A DNA stretch of 64,000 nucleotides from Gordius albopunctatus (lineage: Eukaryota). Under the pieces are notes generated by a model. The model saw only the letters and a program-made list of their open reading frames with translations, did not search any database and had not been told where the DNA came from. Both the position numbers and the translations under genes were made by a program. Shown piece after piece: positions 1-15,057 of the stretch; within the stretch, counting starts at the first letter, position 1, and the number at the start of each line of letters is the position of its first letter. The stretch is from contig OZ193909.1 in the NCBI GenBank assembly GCA_964276515.1, positions 2,852,001 to 2,916,000 of the forward strand, written 5' to 3'.

Positions 1-101
1 AAAATAGGTTTTCAATGATAAAGTCCCCTTGACTTATAATATACATATAACTCTGGAAATAGTAAATTTATGCTTTTAAAACATTTTTTGGGGTTGGCTA
101 G

Positions 102-247
102 CATGGGCGTAGCCAAGGGAAGGGCGGCTGCCCCCTATAAATCCAAAAATTCGTTAGAATTTATCGTAATTAGGGCTAATTTCAAAAAATTGTCATTTTG
201 CCCCCGCCGAAATTAAAATTGCCCCCGTCTAATTCCAATGGCACATG
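102..247. mobile_element. hAT-type MITE copy; further copies at about 9100-9263, 10198-10330, 14775-14926, 19029-19182, 25995-26069, 27990-28120, 29910-30125, 33336-33471
   Basis: Shared TIR and internal sequence (GGGCGGCTGCCCCC..AATCC..GAAATTTAT..GGCTAAA..TTTTGCCCC). TSD here is TTGGCTAG/TTGATTAG. Confidence 0.8.
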
Positions 248-2773
248 TTGATTAGTATAGCAAAAAGATTTAATTAACTCTCAAGACAAGGGTTTTGGAA
301 ATAAAACAACTAGTAATAATAACTAAAATATAGGACTTTAAAATTTATTTAAATGATTTTTATGAAATTAATTGCCCTAGATTTGGAAACATTAGTATAT
401 AATTTAACTAATATAAAGGAGGCATAAACTTGTGGTTATAACGTTGAATAGATCCTGACTAGGTCAATACATAAATAGTGGCGGATATAAATGTAATATT
501 AATATCTAAACCTTGTAGTAGATCACTTTGGAGGTTGAACTGAAGTTGTTAATCACAAATGATATATTATGTAGTTGTTACATATTAGAATCTATCTTTG
601 AAGTAATTAAACATTGTTATTAATCAATCTCCTCCCCCCCCCCTTCCATAAAATTAAATCCATCTATTTTGTAATCATCAATTAAAAAACGTTTGGCATT
701 TAAGGGTTATTTTAAAGTTGAAGTGTTCCAAAGTGTTTTGTTGCACTTTGATGTTTTCTTTATCATGCATACCCTTACCTAATCTCTATTTGGCTACAAT
801 AGGCGTAAGAGCTTAGAAAGGCAACCTAGAGAAGAAACATCCATAAATAGCTAGCGAAGTTGATTTATCATTAATACGATCGTCCGCATTTATAACTAAT
901 GTAAGCGCCTCCTCCATCTGTCCACATTGCTTAAACGCCAATAAATCCAACCCCGTCCCTAGTGGAGTCTAATAATAAGTGAGTTAATAGGGGAAAAATA
1001 CATTTTTTGATTACTTTTAAAAAGATTTAATAGAAAGTGGTAATCTTAATTTTAACATTTTTACCTTATAACAAGTTTCAAAGCATTGAACAGAAAATCC
1101 CGACATTTCTAATCCACGCTCATTTATTTTAATAGGGGTCAATTGCCATGAGGGTGTCATTAAATTTTTAATTAGTTTATTAAAATTATGTTGTCAAGCA
1201 AAGATATTATTTTCATTTATGAAAACAGTTTAATTAATGTATATAATTTAATTACTTATTGCATATAAATATAAAGTAGCAGCGCTATTAGTATGAATTA
1301 ACCTATATAATAAAATTGAAGATATTCTACAGAAATATAAATATATCAGCAGGATGACCAATGATACTATATATAAGATAATTCATTACCAAACTTTTTC
1401 AAGCATCGCCTAATGGCAAAAAATTTCCTAATATCCCTCTATAATATTAATAAAATGTGACTTTTAAAGCAACAAGTGCATTTTATACGACAAATACAAT
1501 ACAAATATACCAAGCAGTTAGTGCCATAAAAATCTTATTAAAAACTATGAATGACCTGATGAACAGTAGCAAAGTTTTGGTTGTCAACCTCGGTATCAGT
1601 AAGGTTTAGCATGGGCATAGACGTCCATGATATCATATAAGAACTTTTCACATTAATCAAAAATTATAATAAACGACGAAAAAATTAACATACCGCCCCC
1701 TCTTAAGCCTATTCCCTTTAAATTTTTTATCATCCCTTGGGAATCACTGGTATTGATTATATTATATAATCATATAAACACAAGTCAAAGATCTTATGCA
1801 AACAATATCATATTTCTTCCATTAATTAGTTTGACAAAAAAAACAAATCATTAAATCTTTAGGATTTAGGCGCAATTGAAAACATAAAGATTAGTTTTAT
1901 ATTAAATAATGTAATTTTGAAATCATTTCGAAACCTGGCAGTACATAAAAGCTATATAAAAGATAACGTGTCATTGTTTTGTGTTAACAAAGGAAATTTT
2001 TTAATAAGTAGAGTTAAGAGTCTATTGGTATTGATTGCGTATATAGGCCCAGTGCGAAGCATTTACATTTAAAAATAGAGAAAGAAGGAAGGTGACCACC
2101 ACGTGTGTCAGTGATAATATCAGGCTAGAGTAATGCTTTACAGCTTTATTTATTACACTGTTGGGAGTTAAAAGTACACAATTATTTACATAAGCAGCTA
2201 TTGCAATTGACTTTTATAGGATAACTAAAACTAATTTGGAAATAAATATAATTTAAGAAACAGGACCCCGATATCGATTATATTTTAATAAAGAGTTAAG
2301 TAAATAGTTGAATTACAATTTGTTAGGTTACAAAAGTCCATTTGATATGCAGACGGCATTTATATAATAAATTGATGCCATTTGTGGAATACAAATTTGA
2401 TAAAACACAATTGGCTAAATTATTTGCAGATAACGTTTATACTCGTTTGCCCTTTAAATTATTTTGTTATCAATAATTTCTATTTAATAGATTTATAAAC
2501 GATTTTGGGCTGGTTTTGATAATAAAAGATTTTTATGTGGATAAGTAGTGTATATTTTATATTGCTAATACTTTTATAATAACAAAATTGAACTTTAAAC
2601 AAAGGGTTATAAACTACAAATATAATTGGTACACCTGTTGGATTATGAAATCTATAATGCTAAATGCAATAAAAGATAGCTAAAAGAAATTTTTATGTTA
2701 AATCATAGAATTAAAAATACATAAAACTAAGTACTGAAAATTTTAAAAAGGTATAAGGTAGTAAAAAACTTAC

Positions 2774-4427
2774 TACACATATGTGATGTTTTAAAGTGCA
2801 ATTTGCGGATTTGGCGTCGAATTTTTGGTGTTGAAACGAATGGATGGGAATGCAAATAAAATAAATTTAGTGGCATGGGGACTACGATATTTGACTTTGT
2901 CTGTTCCTTTCTATAGGGTTCGAGAAATAATATGAATTTATTTTGCCGATTAGAATCATTGTTCATAAAGTAAGTTGTCAAATTTTGCTCGTGAGGCGTG
3001 GCACTTAGGAATTGGCGTGAAAAAGCACCAGTATTCGGATCTATAGGGTTTAAATGACCTTTTGGTCTCCATGTGATAAACAAGGTTTTACCTAATACTT
3101 GTTTAGCAATACCTTTGGGTCCCTTTAATATTTTTTGGGGGATTATTTTATAGGGCAAGATTGGAGAATTCAAATTACGCCCAGATTTCTCTCTGGATAT
3201 TTGTGAATTAAAAAGTAGCTCTGAGTGATTCCTCGTGGATCGAATATAGTCATTGTTTGGAACTGTTTGTGGTTGTATATCGTAAGATGATAAGCGGGAG
3301 TAATTGCGATTATAATTGACCAAGTAATGGTGTCCCCTGATCGGGTCATATTCTTCAACCATTCGTTTGCGGAAAGTGTCCAACTTATTCAACAAACCCT
3401 CATCATGGTTTGCCCAAACCTTTAATTTCGTCATTATGGGATCGTATCTTGGATTTGATCTTTTTACGGATGGTTGTGAAAGTTCCCGACCGGAGTATCG
3501 ATGATTGGATATAGGTTCCAGCTTGGCCACGATTATCAATTGAGTGTGCTTAACCAAATTTTCTAAATTACTATCAGTTTCAGGTCGAATTTTGTTGACG
3601 AAGGTGGCAGTAGTAAGAGGTGACATGTTTAATGTGCTGTCTTGAGGCTTTGAGGTGACCTCGTGCTCGTTGATTTGAGTCTTTAGGGCTCGGTCATGAG
3701 TGTTAGGTGAAAGTTTTAACAGTGTGACTTCGGCCTTTAGTCGACGATATGATATATTTTCCTCTTCTAACCTTGCTCTTATTAAGTAATCGGGGTTACT
3801 GTCTAAATCTTCATTACTAGTGTGATTACCATCTTCCAAAAAAGCCCTCCAAAGGGTATCATTGTGAATGATTTTGTCCTCCGTGACAAAACTGTCCTTC
3901 GTTAATATGAATTTGTAGGGTTGTTTGTCAAATGTTTCAGAATACTTATTTCTTGGATCATTTGTTTGGGTAGAATATCTTCTCCTTTTACGGTCCCTTT
4001 TATTCGACTTTTTTAAAGCGCGTTTAGAGGATCGGGTGTAATTATTATTTTGAGGCATATCGCAAAACCACCATCCTTTTATATTTTTACACGACTCATT
4101 ACGATTGATTCGATATGATAGCCCTTCAAATGATGTAGTTTGCGTAACTGTACCATATCTTTTGCACGATGGACCGGAGCAATCGAAGCTTCTAGCTTCC
4201 GAAACATTAATTATCACACACATTATAGAAACTAAACAAATATCCACTACGATCTTTTTCCAGGATTTAAGGGTTAGGAATTGATATTTTGACCAAATAT
4301 TATGGCTCTCAGTGTCGCAGTCTTTGTCGCGAAAGGCACCTAACTTGTCACCGATAAATGAGTTGAGGGGAAGATTTTCGACTTTTACTCTAATATTTGT
4401 GCGTTCCCTTTCATTCCCAAAATGCAT
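2774..4427 (-). CDS. Large first coding exon of a probable vein/neuregulin-like secreted EGFR ligand (downstream exons not identified in the window)
   Basis: The ORF starts at ATG 4427 with an in-frame stop upstream. It has a hydrophobic signal-like segment (IVVDICLVSIMCVIINVSEA) and dibasic sites. The C-terminal KFILFLEP...HPFVSTPKIRRQIRKL..C resembles the segment before the Ig domain of neuregulin-2/vein (RYIFFLEP...KKEVGKILC). A GTAAGT donor follows 2774 (phase 1). Confidence 0.5.
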
Positions 4428-7400
4428 TTGACGCGAAAAGTTGGTATTGAATCAAACGACGTTGAATAATTGCATGCGAAGATACCAGTCTTGTATCACA
4501 TCCTGTACTAAACACGACTTGGTGATTTTTAAGCTTGCTACCGTAGCGATTTAGCGAATGATCCTTTCGAAAATACGGCATATAACTTTCTAATCATTAT
4601 CAGGTGTCACACATTTCGTTGCCATGGGGTCTAACAAACATAAAATAAGGTATACATGTTTAATTGCAAAAATAAGGGTTGTTATAAAACATTTTGACTA
4701 GTGCAAATCGACTACGATGATCAGGCAGGTGATTGGTATATAAATCTTTATCTAGTAATCTAAAACATTATAAGAACAAGAGCAGCGCGACAAAAAACTT
4801 ATTAAAGACCGATAATGATCTTGTAAGGAAGAGTCAAACAGCGAGTCAGAGTTTATTAGTAGTGCTAGTGAGGAAAGGATGAGATCGGGGCAAAGATAGA
4901 TGTTGCTATAAGATCTTAAAACGACCGTCAAAAGAAATTTTATTTACAATTTATGTTTTATTTTGGTAAGGCTAAAATCACATTAAAAATGAACTCGTGT
5001 TGGTGATGTTATGTTTAAACGTGGGTCAAATCATCGATTTTTTTTCGTTTTCATTTGTGATATCAGATCAGACGTCGTCGGGCCCATCCATTTTAAAGGT
5101 ACACCTATTCTTTTTAGCGCAAATAGGAAAAAATGTAATTAAGCACACAAGTGTAGAATTATCCAACCCATAACCTTAATTACACTTTCAACGCAATTCA
5201 AACGCATGGTATATTATTATTAAAAATCCGAGATGTTGAGAGAAGGAAAAGTTGGATTTGGAAATCTTTAGGCTGAACATGATTTAATAGGCATGTTACT
5301 TACTTTTTTGAAACCAACAACAACTTCGCAAACTCATATGCTATATATATATTAGATAAGTAGTACACATATACCGAAAACTCCATTTCTAATATATTTG
5401 CAATTTATGAACCTCCATATACTATTAGCCGAGCTAGTTATTTTTTTCACTCAAATTCATTATATTGAAATCTAAGGGAAGCACCAAAATCGACATATGG
5501 GTTTTAGTTTAAAATTCAAAATAAATTAATTAAATGTCATAATCATAATGATAATAAAGAGAGGAAAGGGCGTATTCATATTAAAACCTTTAATAAGTAC
5601 TTCTAATTTGAAGGGGATACTCTAAACCTATTTTATGTTTTTCTTCTTTATACATTAAATAATTTAAAATTAAATGTGCCTGTATTTTATTAATCCGAAA
5701 ATGTCAAATTTTTTTATTTAATCCACAATTTCCTTTAAAGAATTTAGTGTTAGATAAAGAGATTAAATATATCTTATCATTCAATTTTTTGCACATATTT
5801 AAATGTTTCAAGGATCTAGTGGTCAACAAATAATTCGTAACATTTTCCTTGTCTACTGCCCTTACGAGTAATTAAACAAATAAATTTACATGGTCACCAA
5901 AATTTGAATTAACGGCGATTATAACCATAATTTTGGTAAAAATATTAAATAATTTCTACATTTATGGGGGGGGGGGGGTTATCAGCCCCTTTCTGCCTCC
6001 ATCTAAATATGCACATGTAGTTATAATATTATAGCATAGGAGCTTTAAATATATTGAAGGACTAAAGTAAATTGCAAATCTAATCGATTCTTAATATGAC
6101 AAAAGCGCTAGAGTATAATGTTAATAATAAAATATGTATTTCAGTAGTTACAAAAAATGTTTACCCAGCATCGGGAAGAGTAGAATGATACTTTTTCATA
6201 AAGAGGTAGGATAAATCAGAATTCTGGATAAGTTATGCGGCGGCGACAATTAATGGCCACCCAAGGCTCTACACAAATGTAAAGTCACACGGCTCAGGAC
6301 GACCGATTAATGCCTGCGACGTGATGAGCGGATGGGGGGGGGCATAAAGGGGGAATATCAATTGATGGAGGGAGAGAGCTATACAGAAATGCGGGGCGCA
6401 TAGTGCTTTGGGAGGTGGGCCCGCTCACAAATAGAAAACGCGATGGGATCACTATTGCTAACAACACGAAACTCAACTATATTAGAAATGTATTTGTAAT
6501 GTAATGTATGTTACACTTACACGGTTTGGAGATGATAGAGCTAGTGGATAAAAGGCATGTTGAGTTCTCTTTTTTTAATATATAACACAACAAACTCACA
6601 AATGCCTTTCCCTTATGTCACGTTTCGATAAACATTTATCTATCGAAAATCATGGGCGACTGAAAGCGAGGCTAGGTGGTGCATGATTTACATTGCGCGA
6701 CCGTGATTCAGGAAAATCTGCGAAATATTTTATCTTATTGACAAATCGAACGAAACAAATTTGCAAAATTAAGTTCAAGGTATTTCAAGTGTTTGTATTC
6801 ATTTGCTAAAAATTTCAAGGAAAATTCTATTTTTAAATAAATTAAAGGGTATGAAAGTTTAGTGCTCTTGTAGGGGGGGGGGCTGGTTTATATTGGATCA
6901 GATGTTTTAGAAACTCTACGAAGCACATAGATTGATATTCTTTAACTTTACCAGAGTTTGAATCTTCTCGCTTAAATTTTAATGATCTACCTCCCCTCTG
7001 TTTTCAACCGAAATTTTAACAGCAGTAAAGTAAAGGTTTTGCTGCAACGAATCCTACAAAACGGCTTAGTTTAAAAAAAAAGATTCCCCGTTCTTTTTAT
7101 CGAGGCAAATATAATACTTAATTTTATATTTCTCGCTTTTTATCCTCAATGGGCCCTATAAAAAAATAAAATTTTATAGAGATTGGGATGATTATGTGCC
7201 ACCACTTTCTAAATAGGCCCACATATCAGGGTAGTTTTATGGAATTATACGCAATTTAATCTTTGGTGCTAAATTTCGGAGATTATAGAATGAATATGGT
7301 TGGTTAGGGAAGGTATTAAAAGTTGATAAGAGTGAAAATATCCCGATTAACCTAGTTGCCCCAATTACAGCGTTATCTGTTTTATAAGGTATATTATATA

Positions 7401-8377
7401 CAGGAAAATGATATATAAGATGCTCTGGAACTTTCTAAGATAATCCTTTGAGATTATTAATAAAATTTTGCTTAATTAAAACATACTCGTGTCCAGATGA
7501 TTATCGGTAGAGATCAAATGAGATTCCTTTGAGGGAAATGATTATGTGGATGCATGCATTTTTTTAATTAAACCAAGATTAACTGCCATAGACATTTTAA
7601 CCTTACATACATTCATAATCAACGATTTTATAACATTATATTAAAGTCATTACTTGTATATAATCAGAATAAATTTATTAGCAAAAATAATAGTCACAAT
7701 TTAACTAGTTTTAAAATAACGATAAAATAAAAATATAATTTACCAAATTGTAAGGCTAATTTACCTTATGAATTTTTTGAATTTTAAAAACGAAAAATGT
7801 CATAAAGACAAGCTGGAATTTTTAAATGAATTTGCAGGTTATATATATATGGATCTCAAATATAAAGTTTCTTATCTTAAAATCTTTATATAGTTTCGAT
7901 ATTTTAAAAAAATATATCACTTAACTTTCAAGGTTTTTGGGATAGAATGGTGATAAATTTAGTAGAAGTATTGAAAGACACACGCAGAATTTTAATTGAT
8001 ACAATTAAATTGGTAAAGCGCAAATGTTGATATTTTAGCTGCCATTGATTGAATCGATTGTCAAAATGACCTCGATTTAGGGCTAAATAGCTCATATATG
8101 GTTCAAATGTTTAGAGAATAGATATAGAAGTTTTAATGAAAAATCTCCTATTATTATCCATAAGTTAACTTTTCAAGAAGTAGCCCTTTTTAACCTCCTT
8201 CTACTTAATTTTTACATCTAAAATTCTTTTGACATAAATATTTAGTTGTATAGAAGTTAAAGATATACATAAGTCGTTTATTTTGGGTCGGTTAAATCAG
8301 AGGTAAAGAATAAGGCTAATTACATTTACAGTTTGTTAACAATTTATATTAAATAAATTACATAGACTACCTAAATT

Positions 8378-8549
8378 CATGGGCATAGCCAGGGGGAGGC
8401 GGGGTTGGGTGGCTGCCCCCCTTTAAATACACAAAGAATGTTGAAATTTATTAAAATTATGGCTAAAATTTAGAAAATTGTTCATTTTGCCTCCTCCTAA
8501 ATCATTATTGCCCCCCCCCCCCGTAATTCCAATGCTGGCTGCGCCCATG
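8378..8549. mobile_element. hAT-type MITE (CATGGGCGTAGCCA TIR family)
   Basis: Terminal inverted repeats and a perfect 8-bp TSD CCTAAATT. Confidence 0.9.
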
Positions 8550-11500
8550 CCTAAATTATCAATAATTTTCAATTAAGTATTATATTATTTCTTGCATCTA
8601 TAATCCATCCTTAGAATTAAAAAAATATTTCCTGAAAATTGAATATTGCAGGAGGAAAAGCAGGGTGCCAGAGGACCCCACGGCCTAACTAATGGACAAA
8701 AAATTTATAAAGCTTGATCCATCAAAGGATCAAATGGGCATGCTTTTAAGGCTAAAATTTAACATTTATCAGTCCAAAATTACTTAAGAAGGTTAAGAAT
8801 TATTTTCGTTTAAATCAACTCTACCCACTAATAACGGTAGATATGACATTTCAGCTATTGCAGATGACGAATCGACCAGAAAAAATTTCAACTTTTCTAT
8901 TGAGATAGGTTTACAACACTACCCGATCTTATAAAAAAACCCGATGCAATGGGCTAAATGAGCTATTCAGAATTTCAAAGTTGTCATCAGTATTAAATCA
9001 TGGAAAATACAAAAGCTTAAAGCTTTAATAGAAACTGATTTTTTGATGATTTTTAATCTATTTTTCCCGGCCGAGCACGATTTGGGTCAATTATGCAGAC
9101 ATGGGCGCAGCCATGATTGGATCTAGAGGAAGGCAATGATAATAACTTAGGGAGAGGGGAAATGATGATGTAGTTTTAGCCATAATTATATTAAATTTTG
9201 AAGAATTTTTGGATCTAGAGGGGGGCAATCGTCCCGGTTTTGCACCCCCTGGCTACGCTCATGCAGATGCAGACCTTCAAAAATAGCTCTCAAGCCTTTC
9301 TTTATGAAAGTTTATCCATTCAAAATTTCCGTAGAAGCTTTGCTAATTAGTTTGGTTTGATCATCAATTTGTTTTTAAACTAAAGTTATTTGGCTTATGT
9401 GTTTCAGTTTCAGCCTGAAACGTAGCAGGACATTTAACTAAAAACGTTTTAGATTTTTCGGGTGAAATTGGTATAATTTGTGACAAATTATAGGATTTAA
9501 TTACAATTTATTCCCCGAACGATACCGATTTTAGAGAAACATTAAATTAAATGACGCACTTGAATTGCCCCAAGGAGGAGGGGAAAAATCTATTAGAGTA
9601 TATTGGAGCTATAAGCTATAATAGCTCAAATCCCTCACTTCAAATATTACCAAAAAACTTGTAATTAAAAACTAATGAGAATGTATTCAAAGGAGTTTTC
9701 AATATAATATATTGAAAGTGATATATTCGAATTTTTACAAAAGACACATAATTTTTAATTTTTAGGCTAATTTAATATGGTCCATGAAATTTATTTTCTA
9801 ATACAAAAAGACTATTATGATTTTAATTTTTTAGAAATATTGCTCAATCAAATACCATAACCTTTTTATTCATTTTTCTTTAATCTATATCATTCTACTC
9901 CGTTTTTTATCCCCATCGTCATTAAACATTATAAAGGGACTTAATTAAGTAATTTATATTTGCTAAAACATTAACACGTATAACAAATTATTATCGAGGA
10001 GATATCTACTAAAGACATTAAGACCATTTTTTTATCATAATGACACTAAGTGATCAAGGACAAAACTGTAGAATTATACCAAAAATAAGTGTTAATAACA
10101 TAATTGGTCGATAAGACCGCATCTTATTGTTTTAACCTAATTAATTTATGGAATTTATAATGCTATTCCCAACATTATCATAACCTCATATTATAGGAAT
10201 GGACTTAGCCAGCATTGGGAAAATGATCATTTATTTAAATTTCAGCAATAATTTTAATTCAATTCAACAAATTTTTGGATTTAGAGTGGGGCAGCCGCCC
10301 CTCCTTGCCCCCCCCCTGGCTACGCCCATGATAGCGACAATTTAAACAAAACTAAGAATTTGAAATATTTTTTAAGTCTTGAACACACAGATAGATACAT
10401 CTTAGCCGTAGGTACAGTTATAAAAGTGCTATGCGAGTGAGACTATAAATCTTAATATGGAATTCAATGAAAGCGACACATAAGAGAGAGACATTAAGTT
10501 GTCACGAATGTCTTAAACACGTTTTAATTTTAACTCTTTCCTATTTTTATCATTACTTATTAAGAAAACTAACGTTCATAACAAGTTATAAAAACAGACA
10601 GCCTGATTTATCGCAGAATAAGGGTGTAATTTAGCCATGAGCTTTGGGGCGCTTGTCTAGTAAAAGGGAAACTTTTATCATTAGACTCAATTTAAATATT
10701 GAGACATGTAAGGATCAAAATTAAAAATTGTATCTTAGGAAATATAAAAAAAGTCAGCATATTATTAAATATGACGAGAGGAAAACTCAAAAGTAATTAT
10801 TGTATTGTATTAAACCCAATATGAACATATTAAATGTTTTACACTAAATCAAGCTACTTCAAAAATATTTAATATTTGGGCGAGTTATAAGGCCACATTC
10901 CTTTACATGGTTTTGATGAACCCTTTCAATTAGCATTTATTTATTAGATCGTATAATTGGATGCTTGACATTTGTCCAGTGTCAGATTCTCTTTATTTTG
11001 AGAGATTTTTGAGAAATAATTTTTAAAGCCAACACCTAAATTACAAATTAGACTTAACATAAAAATACTATTAATATTAAAGGAAAATTTAACAGCTTAT
11101 TTTAGCATTTTCCGGGATAATTATATAAACCTAGCTTAACATTATTTGGGAAAGTTTGAAGAAATAAGACAATCCTAATAAAGGGAAAATGAAAAGTATT
11201 ATTCTTATTAAAAAGCAATCATTAGGACTCGCGAATTTTTTAACCTCATGCTTATAACATTTCACGTGGATGATACCTTTTATTGTAGATAAATCCAATA
11301 ATAATTTACGTAAAGTATAAATAAAAGTATTAACGTCTAATGATCTTGCACAATGCTTGCATATTAGTTTTAAGCAAATTTAGATTAAAATTAATATAAA
11401 ATAAAAAAATCAATTTATAATACGTTTTTGATTAAAAATGTATAGAGCGTTTTTGATATTTTCTATTTTAAAAATAAAATGTTAAGTATAATGACTGGTT

Positions 11501-12612
11501 AAATGCAAATGGGAAAAAATATTGCCTTTATTTCATGACTATACCTAGCAATTTAGATAGAGCACAAGTTAAATTATATTTCCTATTTTTTAAATAAATG
11601 TTAACCCCATTTAAAAGAACATAAACTAGTTGTTAATAAAATAGACCATATAATATATCCCATTTGAACCAAAAGCTTTACTTTAGTTCAAAGTAAATAA
11701 ATGATTTTATATACGTTTGAGAAATATTAGAGTCAAAAAATTATTAATTCAATTTGGCATATAGCTTTGCCTATCTTTGAAATTTACATACAATTACATG
11801 CCATATAATTATTTTATTATGGTTATAATGATTATTAATATAAAAATGATTAAAATATTTCATATTTTTTCATAGAAAATTGAACTCAGAACTCTGAATA
11901 TTTGATATTAAAACTGGTAATTATGGAAATAATGTTTAACAACTTTACTATATCATAATAAATAATTATATATTCAGAACTGAAAACCTTAACTTAATTA
12001 GATATTTCGTGTTTTTTTCTGGTGTTATTTGAAAATAGAATTTAATATGGCAAGTAAAGACTACAAGTTTGATTTTTGAGTAATAAGATACGTCATAAAA
12101 GAGCAAACAAATACTAATATATAAAAAATATTTTAACTTGTAAACAAATAATGTCCTTGTTAGATCAACCGGGCAACGGTTAAACTTTAATAGTGCTTTT
12201 GTGATGAATACAAATAACTGTTTTGTATTTTCCCCATAAATCAATTCAGGCGCGTAGCCAGGATTTTCTCGAAGGGGGGGGGGAATGCTGGCAAAAATTT
12301 CATTTAAAATTAATTTTTAATTAAAAATAAAAATTAAAGAACCAAAAAGTCGGGCTCGCTGCTGGGCCCACTTGGCTAAGTGGTCGGGCAGGTTAAAGTT
12401 CTAAATCGAGATTTTCAAGTAGGCCTGGGAGGGAACCACAATGAGATTTTTTAAATAGTTTACTATTTTTTGAATAGATAAAAATTAAAGATAAAAGATT
12501 GAAGTTACAAAACCAATTTAGATTAAAACTTAACAATATATCTTTTATATGCTTTAACTTATTTTTGATTTATATTGAAAACTCGTCAAGCTAAGAGAGT
12601 GGATGTCCCTAT

Positions 12613-15012
12613 ATGAATCACATCCATGTTAGTTGTAAGCCGCATGTTCTTGACAAATTTAATGTAGCAAATCTCAAAAATTATAAATGGGAGAAAAAGG
12701 GTAATGCAGTCATCTTCAATAACTATCCATTTAATCCCCAAGAAAGTAATTATTTTTATCAGAGTTTTTTTTATTTGCTAGATAATGATGAAAAATTTGA
12801 TATTATTTGTAAAACTTTGAAAGTAGACAAAGTTTTGATATATGAAAAAATACGCCTAGATGATTGTCGGTCCCCAAAAGCAACAGTAGTTTTTGGGAAG
12901 GACGCTATTGTAACACATAAAGAAAATGGAATTAAGTATGGATGTAGTTTTATATACAAAAAAAATTATAAACTGATTTTTCTCTGCTTTAGGAAAAAAT
13001 TATGTTAAATACCAATGCAATATTTAAGATAAACATTTTAGCTTTCTATTTTATTACATTACTAAAAGAATTACATTGGTTTTTAGGTATAAATTTGATC
13101 TAGAAATGAATATGTTTAGTTCTGGCAATATAACAGAAAGAATGAGAATGGGCACTTTAAAGTGTGATGAAGAAGTTGTTGTAGACATGTTTGCTGGTAA
13201 CTAATTGTGAATTTAGATAAATGTATATATTTAGGTATTGGATATTTTACCTTGCCACTTTTAGTTGGGAGTAAAGCTAAGGTTGTGCATGCCTATGATT
13301 GGAATCCTTCAGCTCTGCATTATCTTAGGGAGAACATCAATTTAAATGGAATTGATGATGGCAGATGTATTGTTCGTTTGGTTGACAACCGTAAAGTATA
13401 TTAGACTTTGATATCATTAATATAAATTTATTTTTAATTTTTTAATATAAATAGAGGTTAAATTTTTGAATTAAAATGAAACATATTAAGTGTTTTTTAC
13501 ATATTAAATAATAAGGCAATAAATATTTACTCACATTTTTGATTATTAAATCATAATATTCTAATTATATATTATAAGCCATTATTGACAATTTGATACT
13601 TTACATGATAAAATAAAGTAATTGATGAATTTTGTTATTTTTATAATTTATATTTATGTAATTATAATTTAATTAAAAAAATATATGTTACTCTGACAGA
13701 TAACAGAATCTAGCATAGCCGACAGGGTTATTCTTGGCCTCATACCAACATCCAGATTTTCATGGCCATCTGCTCTAAAACTTTTAAAGTACTCCACAGG
13801 TGGAACTCTTCATATTCATGAAAACTGTGACATTCTAGCCATTAAAAATTCTCTATTTTTACACTTGTTGAATTACATTGGCATAGATTGTAAATCAGCC
13901 ATAAATGTTAACAAATGTCATACCAACCCCAATAAAAACTCAGATGAGGGAATTATTACAAATAAAGAGCAGCCTGTAATTAAAGGGGATGAAGGGATAT
14001 TACCTATTCTATTATCAATGCTACTATCCCCCAATAATGCAGATAAAATTGTTGATACAACTGTGAAATTATTATTGAACCCATTGGCAAAAGAAATGTT
14101 GCAAAAATACCCAGGTTAAATACAAAAAACTCTTATGTTCTATAATTTATTAGAACCTATAACATCCTTTTTAAATATATTTAAATAAAACACATTTATC
14201 AAAGTCATGTTAAATTTTATTTCTTATCTTTAGATATGTTAATAATATTATGTAATAAACAAAGTTTCTTATATAAATTATATTTTTCAAAATTTAACTT
14301 CTTGTTTTTGCTCATATTTTAGGCACAGAAAATGGCGATTTTTTAATTAAATTGACTAGAAGTTGCATTTTACAAGATGAAATTATTAACAAGCTCAGCC
14401 CACTGCCTTCTTACAAAGAAATTGCTGTTTATATGCAAAGTAAATTTTTGATTATTTCGAATATTTTGTATTTGTAAGTTTACAAATAGATATGCATGAA
14501 ATTTACAAAGGCAATTCAACATATCCTTTTAATGTCAATAATGTTTTGGCTTAAATTGCTTTTGAATTTTTGTTTAAATAAATTACACCAATTTAAATTG
14601 TTCTTGGCATCGGAATATATTATATTCCAAGATTGTAAAAATGTTATGTTTAATTGCTATGCAATTTATGGGTTATTTGAGCACGTTTAAGTTTTGTAGC
14701 TACAAAAGACCAGGTTTCCACTACAAAAGATGGATTTTATTGTAAAATGCTTGACCTGCGGCCTGTGCTATGGACATGGCGTAGCCAGGATTTGAATTAG
14801 GGGGGGGGGGGGAGGGGGGGCAAAATGATAACTTTTAAAATTTTAGCCTCAATTTTAATAAATTTTAAAGAGGTTTTTGATTTAGAGGGGGCAGTTGCCC
14901 CTCCCTCCTCCCCCCTGGCTGCGCATGGAGTTTATATAGTTGCTCTAACTCATAATCTGGCATGATCTTTCCTTGTTATCCGTCGTATACACAGCGATCG
15001 CTTTTCTAAACG

Positions 15013-15057
<45 letters not shown>

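Noticed and set aside
779..968. Possible next exon of the vein-like gene
   Set aside because: A phase-compatible frame exists from 958, but it has no Ig-domain pattern and only a weak donor before the stop.
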